From the NCBI GenBank assembly GCA_000004985.1, contig GG739186.1: a DNA stretch of 4,465 bases; one strand, written 5' to 3'. This DNA is from Naegleria gruberi. Lineage: Eukaryota. The position numbers were made by a program, and so were the translations under genes. The notes beneath the pieces were generated by a model. That model was not told where the DNA came from, ran no database searches, and saw only the letters and a list, made by a program, of their open reading frames with translations. Shown piece after piece: positions 1 through 4,465 of this stretch (position 1 is the first letter of the stretch; each line of letters begins with the position of its first letter).

Positions 1-12
1 AGTATTTTGGAA

Positions 13-330
13 CTAGGTAGTATTACCAGAAATGAAAGTATAGGATGGTTCTTCTCCATCACTTGAACCTAGAGTATAGAATGAAAGGGAAGAGTTAGCA
101 ACCATAGTATTGGCATTATTATTCAAATCATAGTTGAGAGTTGTCAAACATTGACAAGAATCACCTGTGGTTGAACAAAAACCTCTACCATTACAAGAAT
201 CTGGACCTGTACATTCAAATGCATTAGTATTAGAAGCCAAAATGGACAAGATAACTAGGGTCACAAGCATACAAACAGTAACCTTACAGAGTTTTACTCT
301 GTTAGAGACCATACAGTAGTCAAGAGACAT
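13..330 (-). CDS. Small secreted cysteine-rich protein of 105 aa, single exon. Predicted signal peptide (MVSNRVKLCKVTVCMLVTLVILSILASNTNA) followed by an EGF-like Cys cluster CTGPDSCNGRGFCSTTGDSCQC and an N/S/T-rich tail with N-x-S/T sequons.
   Basis: ATG at 328-330 (read on the minus strand) preceded by an A-run (caaacaaaaaaATG). TAG stop at 13-15. Hydrophobic h-region followed by small residues (SNTNA|FE). Spacing C-x5-C-x5-C-x6-C-x-C is typical of EGF/laminin-type modules. Confidence 0.45.
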   Translation of the reverse strand: MSLDYCMVSNRVKLCKVTVCMLVTLVILSILASNTNAFECTGPDSCNGRGFCSTTGDSCQCLTTLNYDLNNNANTMVANSSLSFYTLGSSDGEEPSYTFISGNTT

Positions 331-1303
331 TTTTTTGTTTGAATTGTAGTAATAGCATCCAAAGTGACCTTTTTAACTTGTTTGTGAATTTTGTATCTCG
401 AGTATCGAATAAAGTTTTGTATGTTGTAAACTATTGCTTACTTGATGGTGATAGATGACATTAAGATACTACTAACATGAACTAATCTACTCGCGAATCT
501 TCCATTTATGGAATGCAATACAAAACTGTAAGAGAAATTGCTGATACAATATTATCCAAGGATATTTGTTTTGGAATTTAGAGAACCATTCTGGAATTTT
601 AATGTTCATAGTAATGCATCTCGTCTCCAATACACTTCAGTCGATAATTAGATTGAATGATAAATTGGTTAACAGATAGTGATTAAACTTCTTTTGAACC
701 AATTGCTCTTAATTGTTGATTCCTCGATGGTTTCAACAGCAATATTCGTTGAAAATGTAGCGTACGAAGAATAATCGTGATGGGAAGAGATTGCAGATAT
801 CACCAATTAGATGAACACGGCCACAATATTCAAAATGCATTATTTAAATTAAATATTGTGATGAAGAGATGCATCTGAGATTAATCTCTTGAATGTTGAT
901 GAGCAGTGAGACACTGCTTGTTAAAGTTGAACTCTCTCTTGATGACGATGATTGAATTGGATACAATAGACGAAGCCGCCATCTGGTGAAGTAAGTAAAA
1001 TAAAATTAATAATGATGAAAGTCTATTTAATGCATTGTTTTTTCTTGATTTTGAAAACGCAACGGTTTTTGGTAAATGCCCCGAATGAGTTGCTGTGGTA
1101 CCATTAATTGGTGCAAAATGACTTTATTTTTAATGGAGTTTGCTCTATAAATTTTCAATTTTGCTGACCACTTTTGGTCGTTTTTAAATTTTCATCGCTG
1201 TACAGATTAGGTGGCAAGGCTTAAATTTTAAAATTGACCAAAATTTGGTACCTAATTTTCAAAATTAAATTATTGGACCAAAGTTTTTTAATAAATTAAT
1301 AAG

Positions 1304-1309
1304 TTTATT
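1304..1309 (-). terminator. Candidate poly(A) signal AATAAA for the minus-strand gene ending at 1488.
   Basis: TTTATT on the plus strand reads AATAAA on the minus strand, about 180 nt downstream of the stop codon. AT-rich context means many chance matches. Confidence 0.25.
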
Positions 1310-1323
1310 ATTTCACAATGTCC

Positions 1324-1349
1324 TGACTTGGAGAAATTTCTCCAAGTCA
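1324..1349. repeat. Perfect 26-bp palindrome TGACTTGGAGAAA|TTTCTCCAAGTCA.
   Basis: Checked base by base: 13 complementary pairs around the centre at 1336/1337 and no spacer. It lies about 140 nt downstream of the 1488 stop codon and about 15 nt before a minus-strand AATAAA (1309-1304). Confidence 0.9.
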
Positions 1350-1487
1350 AGATTACATTCAAGATTTCAACAAAGGAGCATGATAACTCTGCATTTAAAT
1401 CCATTCCAGATGATAGGTATTACAATTATAGTACATCAACAAGTATCAGATTTCAACTATCTATTAAAGTAACTTACTAGAAGAAAA

Positions 1488-1689
1488 TCATCTCAATAGC
1501 ATTGCATGACATTTAAGTAAGGGTCTAACAATAAGCTTTTCATTGATATCCTTGACGAGCACAGCAGGACCAAGCACTTCACTAGGGGAAATGGAGTGGC
1601 TGTCATTGGCCAACACACCATTCCTAATAGGCCTCACATGAATGTAAAACTTGTCTTGCATTTCAAGGAACTTGACAATGACAGCAAAA
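1488..1689 (-). CDS. Terminal exon of a small gene, encoding an ATG12-like ubiquitin-like domain: SFAVIVKFLEMQDKFYIHVRPIRNGVLANDSHSISPSEVLGPAVLVKDINEKLIVRPLLKCHAMLLR*.
   Basis: Acceptor ...cattatAG at 1690-1691 (minus strand) after a pyrimidine/AT-rich tract. The open frame runs to a TGA at 1488-1490. Remembered ATG12 blocks are present: SFAMVILFLKRRL / KFANVIDFLRRQL (compare SFAVIVKFLEMQ), LFIYVN (FYIHV), SPDQEV (SPSEV) and KLVLHYCKSQAWG (KLIVRPLLKCHAM). Coding-region GC is much higher than the flanking AT-rich DNA. Confidence 0.4.
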
Positions 1690-1910
1690 CTATAATGATG
1701 AATTACTAGTATAATATTACAAAAAACATACCTAAATGTTATTGAGCATTTTGAATATTTCATAATAAACATTTTACCTCATTGTTTACATATGAATCAA
1801 ATACATTAAACTTACCTGAAATATGAATGAATTAATATCAATGAATACCAACTAATGAATTCCGTTATGTCAATTCTTGATGAATAAATTATAATGAATA
1901 GAAAACATAC

Positions 1911-2083
1911 CTATTGTTTGCGAGTTGAACAATGTTATTGGGGTGGAGAGTTTTCTCCATAACAAGAGCCATCCAACATGGTGTGAACGATCTTACCCTT
2001 TGAGTGTAAACACTGATACAGTTGAATGATACATTAAAGATATACGTACATGCTTGTTGATTAGGTCCAGCACTTTGGTCCAT
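1911..2083 (-). CDS. Putative first exon of the same gene: MDQSAGPNQQ...NIVQLANN, 57 codons plus 2 nt. It is joined to 1689 by a 221-nt GTATGT...TATAG intron at 1690-1910.
   Basis: Consensus donor GTATGT at 1910-1905 (minus strand). The phase-2 end (AAT AG) plus the T at 1689 gives AGT, keeping the frame. The ATG at 2081-2083 lacks the A-rich context seen at other starts here, and the exon begins 10 bp from a transposon-fragment boundary, so the true 5' structure is uncertain. Confidence 0.3.
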
Positions 2084-2092
2084 CTCCTTCTT

Positions 2093-2466
2093 GTAATGAA
2101 CAGTCTTGTTTAGACTTTCATCATTATCATGCTGATATGAAAATTAGGAATGGATTCAAAAGCTCGATCAAAACCTCCATTATCATCAAACAACTCACCG
2201 AGTGATGTCGAATTACTTCCTCTTCTTGCTGATCCATTATGAATTGCTCCTCATCATCTGATTCCGAGGATGAGAATGAAGCTCTCAATCAAATCATCCT
2301 CCATTAAATCTTCCTCATCAACTTATTCACTCCTTGTTGTTGTTTGATAAGGAATTTATTGCCTATCAATTTTTGATATATATTTTCAAACGTATGGAGC
2401 GTTCCTTTGTGTTGGTGTTTTCCCCATTTTTTTAGGCTTTGAAATAAGGCGCTAAGATCCACTCAC
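2093..2466 (-). mobile_element. Decayed 5'-terminal fragment (solo end) of the same En/Spm-like transposon: terminus, promoter, ATG and the start of exon 1, with indels and a premature stop (MGKTPTQRNAPYV*).
   Basis: Aligns with 3640-4081 at roughly 85% identity. This includes the shared terminus ...GATCCACTCAC (ending at 2466 here and 4081 in the long copy), the cctaaaaaaATGGGGAAA start (ATG at 2427, minus strand) and the ACTCACC (GTGAGT) site at 2193-2198. Confidence 0.8.
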
Positions 2467-2713
2467 TCATACTGATGATCGCAATGAGGTAGATGAAGAT
2501 GGATCGAATAAGAAGCTTATTGATGTATCATCACCTTATGATGATAGCAGTCGGGTGACAGCTGTTTATGTGTAAATAACATCATTATTACTATTCATCT
2601 ATTGTTAGTGTTAATATACTCAATTCATATCCATTCATATCATATGATTTCATAGCTTGATAACCATTATTAAGAACAGTGTGGTCCACATTTTTGCTCT
2701 AGATTTAAAATTA

Positions 2714-2763
2714 NNNNNNNNNNNNNNNNNNNNNNNNNNNNNNNNNNNNNNNNNNNNNNNNNN
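2714..2763. other. Scaffold/assembly gap: run of 50 N.
   Basis: Literal N characters. GGCCGC follows immediately at 2764-2769. Confidence 0.99.
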
Positions 2764-3744
2764 GGCCGCTGCTTTGGAATCTTGTTCTTCACGAGGAGTA
2801 CACTTGTATTGCTTGTTTGTAATAGTGAAAACCCATCTACGTTGAATACTGTGACCACTATTTAAACAAAATCCACAACCAAATAAACCATTAAAAGCAC
2901 TCATGCAATATGCAATAGCCTTTGCTGGCAAATCACATACTATTGAACAAAAGTTCACAAACCATGAACCATTATTGATAATCACTTCATTATTCTCCAT
3001 ACTCTTGACGTCTTGTACAAAATAGTCGAGAAAGACATTTCCTGGTTTTGTCTTTCCGTACCAAAGACCAACCATAAAGAGATTTTCCGGATTATATCTA
3101 ACCTCTGGTGGCAAGTTTTGAACAACAACATAAATAGGCCACATGCTCCATTTAGAGGATGAAAAAGGACTCGCTCCATCCCAATTCACCTGCAAAAAGA
3201 TTTGATTTGAATTGCCATGAAGTTGAATCTTATCCTTAATAACAGAACCATCGAATACGTCCATAATATTATCAGTATCATTCCGTCTAGTTTTGTAATA
3301 TTCTAATTGCTCACAATAGATAGGATCTTTACATCTTTCTTCAAATTGCTCCCGAAGACTATGATAAAGAAAGTGTGTTGTATTTTTCCTTCCACATGAA
3401 GAGCATGTTGAATTATTGCAACAACATTCACAATGTTTACAATAATATACTCGTTGCATTGAGTCCATGAATGGAATAAATTTGAAAAGCTGTGTTCTTG
3501 TCTTTGGAATGATATTATCTTGAGGGAGTAGTAAATTGAGTGTTTTGAGTAGAATGTCAATCTTACTAGTACCGATTTTCATTGTAATTATGAGAAAGAG
3601 AATAACGGTGATAAATGAACCCAAACTCAATGAAGCATCATTATGAATAGGCTTGTTTAGACTTTCATCATTATCAACATGAAAATTAGGAATGGTTTCA
3701 AAAGCTTGATCAAAGCCTCCAATATCATCAAACACACTCACCAA
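2764..3744 (-). CDS. Transposase core (Transposase_21 / plant TNP2-like). The open frame continues into the gap, so the C-terminal part is missing.
   Basis: LLPQDNIIPK...YYCKHCECCCNNSTCSSCGRK (about 3388-3441) matches the TNP2 pattern LPxGNxLPK...C..C......C..CG..R. IFLQVNWDGASPFSSSKWSMWPIYVVVQNLPPEVRYNPENLFMVGLWYGKTKPGN (about 3040-3198) matches DG..PF...S.WP.....NLPP..R....FL...IPGP..P. VCDLPAKAIAYCMSAFNGLFGCGFC matches the I.DFPA...LSGW...G..ACP.C block. The frame has no stop for 327 codons. The ORF track's 'M' at 3744 is a TTG, not ATG. Confidence 0.85.
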
Positions 3745-4033
3745 TAGATGCCGATCTGTTAAGATTTGCTTCTTCTTCCTCTTCTAGTTGATCCATTATG
3801 AATTCATCCTCATCATCTGATTCCGAGGTGTTATCAGAACCAATCTCGCTCTCAATCAAATCATCATCCACCATTAAATCTTCCTCATCTACTTCTGTTC
3901 TGAATTCAACTTCATCTTCATCACTTGTAGTTGTTGTTTGATAAAGAATTTCTTGCCCTAATTTTTCAGCCTTTCGTTTTGATCGATATTTTCGAACGTA
4001 TTGAGCGTTCTTTTGTGTTGGTATTTTCCCCAT
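3728..4033 (-). CDS. N-terminal exon/ORF of the transposon protein (101 aa). It has a basic NLS-like stretch RKYRSKRKAEK followed by a strongly acidic D/E/S-rich region.
   Basis: ATG at 4031-4033 (minus strand) in the context cctaaaaaaATGGGG. The ORF ends at a TGA at 3728-3730, just after a consensus GTGAGT at 3741-3736. It is out of frame (+1) with the transposase core ORF. Confidence 0.6.
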   Translation of the reverse strand: MGKIPTQKNAQYVRKYRSKRKAEKLGQEILYQTTTTSDEDEVEFRTEVDEEDLMVDDDLIESEIGSDNTSESDDEDEFIMDQLEEEEEANLNRSASIGECV

Positions 4034-4117
4034 TTTTTTAGGCTTTGAAATAAGGCGCTAAATATTACAAGATCCACTCACAATAGTAACAAATTGATCC
4101 AATAATAGCCAAAAAAA

Positions 4118-4465
4118 ATGTCAAAACTCAATTCGCAAGAAAGTGATAACTCTGAATCATCTTCACCAAATATCAAGCCTTCACAAAATATCACTACAAC
4201 CAAAAAGAAGAAACAAACATCTACTAGAAAGAAGCCAGCATCATCAAGTGAGTCTTCATCAACAACAAAATCGCCAACAAAGGCTTCATCAACCTCACCA
4301 AAAAAATCACCACCAAAGGCTTCAAAAGATGTCAACACTGTACCAAAAGAGTCTTCCTCCTCTTCTTCTTCTTCTACTTCTTCTGGAGGTGTGAAAAGAA
4401 AGCAAGATGATTCTAGTAGAATTGTTAAACTTCTAAAACTTACAAAAACTAACAAGACACGTCTT
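4118..4465 (+). CDS. 5' part (116 codons, no stop in the window) of a Ser/Thr/Lys-rich basic low-complexity protein. It carries SPKK/SPxK minor-groove-type motifs (KSPTKASSTSPKKSPPKAS) and a poly-Ser run.
   Basis: ATG at 4118 in the context gccaaaaaaaATGTCA. The frame stays open to the window edge. Codons are strongly A/T-ending (TCA, CCA, ACA, AAA). It is not in the supplied ORF track because it has no stop in the window. Low complexity limits confidence. Confidence 0.45.
   Translation, partial: MSKLNSQESDNSESSSPNIKPSQNITTTKKKKQTSTRKKPASSSESSSTTKSPTKASSTSPKKSPPKASKDVNTVPKESSSSSSSSTSSGGVKRKQDDSSRIVKLLKLTKTNKTRL

Larger units (their letters stand above)
2764..4081 (-). mobile_element. En/Spm (CACTA) superfamily DNA transposon, 5' part. 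It runs from the terminus at 4081 through the promoter and transposase gene, and is truncated by the scaffold gap.
   Basis: Encodes a Transposase_21 (TNP2/TnpD-like) protein (see CDS features). The terminus is defined by the point where two copies stop being homologous (4081 / 2466). Confidence 0.8.

Noticed and set aside
1012-1166. C/D-box snoRNA-like ATGATGA ... CTGA pair
   Set aside because: The boxes are about 150 nt apart with no terminal stem complementarity. TGATGA occurs repeatedly by chance in this AT-rich DNA.
1690-1772. N-terminal 28 aa of track ORF 1488..1772 (MFIMKYSKCSITFRYVFCNIILVIHHY)
   Set aside because: This is AT-rich intron sequence read through to a chance ATG. A good acceptor (cattatAG) lies at 1690-1691, and several internal GTA...TAG pairs are chance features of one roughly 221-nt AT-rich intron, not micro-exons.
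2471-2575. Plus-strand acidic mini-frame DDRNEVDEDGSNKKLIDVSSPYDDSSRVTAVYV*
   Set aside because: It is only about 35 codons with no start codon or splice context, and is likely a chance open frame in the transposon flank.
2657-2858. Track ORFs 2657..2845 (+) and 2670..2858 (-) spanning the N-run
   Set aside because: These are translated through 50 N of unknown true length, so frame continuity across a scaffold gap is not evidence of a gene.
2982-3560. Track ORFs 3303..3560 (-) and 2982..3179 (-) inside the transposase region
   Set aside because: Both are alternative reading frames overlapping the long, motif-bearing transposase frame. They have no recognisable motifs and are shadow ORFs.
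3705-3741. Possible 25-nt or 37-nt in-frame introns after the GTGAGT donor
   Set aside because: They are far shorter than the other intron seen in this window (221 nt) and have no pyrimidine tract, so a frameshift or the 223-nt intron are better explanations.
4078-4455. Minus-strand 125-aa acidic ORF and plus-strand 83-aa ORF (4143..4394)
   Set aside because: These are off-frame or antisense readings of the Ser/Lys-rich low-complexity gene. The poly-E run is the antisense of the TCT/TCC serine codons. The frame from ATG 4118 has the A-rich start context and is the better model.
1-4465. Prokaryotic-style features (CRISPR repeats, operons, defence-system gene clusters, tRNA/rRNA genes)
   Set aside because: I see no direct-repeat/spacer array, no Shine-Dalgarno-linked tandem ORFs and no tRNA T-loop or rRNA-like sequence. 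The architecture is eukaryotic, with introns, poly(A) signals and a transposon.

Overview
This window is AT-rich eukaryotic nuclear DNA. It shows GT-AG introns, AATAAA signals, 'AAAAAATG' start contexts and A/T-ending codons such as TCA, CCA, ACA and AAA. That compositional style is reminiscent of dictyostelid-like protists, but the taxon is an inference only. No prokaryotic features are present: no CRISPR array, operon or tRNA/rRNA gene. The dominant feature is a minus-strand DNA transposon of the En/Spm-CACTA superfamily, with a Transposase_21 (TNP2/TnpD-like) protein, spanning about 2764-4081. Its 5' terminus and promoter are intact, followed by an acidic, NLS-containing N-terminal exon. 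Next comes a zinc-finger-like Cys cluster (the plant TNP2 'LPxGN..PK...C..C......C..CG' motif). The transposase core carries the 'DG..PF...S.WP......NLPP..R.....F..G....P' and 'C....P.......G..GCGFC' signatures. The element is cut off by a 50-N scaffold gap at 2714-2763. A second, decayed copy of the element's first ~400 bp (2093-2466, about 85% identical to 3640-4081) lies beyond the gap, directly upstream of a small minus-strand host gene. That host gene has two exons (1911-2083 and 1488-1689) split by a 221-nt intron. Its second exon looks like an ATG12-type ubiquitin-like domain that lacks the C-terminal glycine. Other host genes are a small secreted Cys-rich EGF-like protein (13-330, minus strand) and the 5' part of a Ser/Lys-rich SPKK-motif basic protein (4118 to the window end, plus strand). 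The SPKK gene's start codon sits only 36 bp from the transposon terminus. The 1.15-kb intergenic region contains a perfect 26-bp palindrome and a few short inverted GACCA/TGGTC motifs. I do not see evidence of a novel multi-gene 'system' here. The most interesting biology is the transposon, its unusual terminus, its frame discontinuity, and how its fragments sit relative to host genes.
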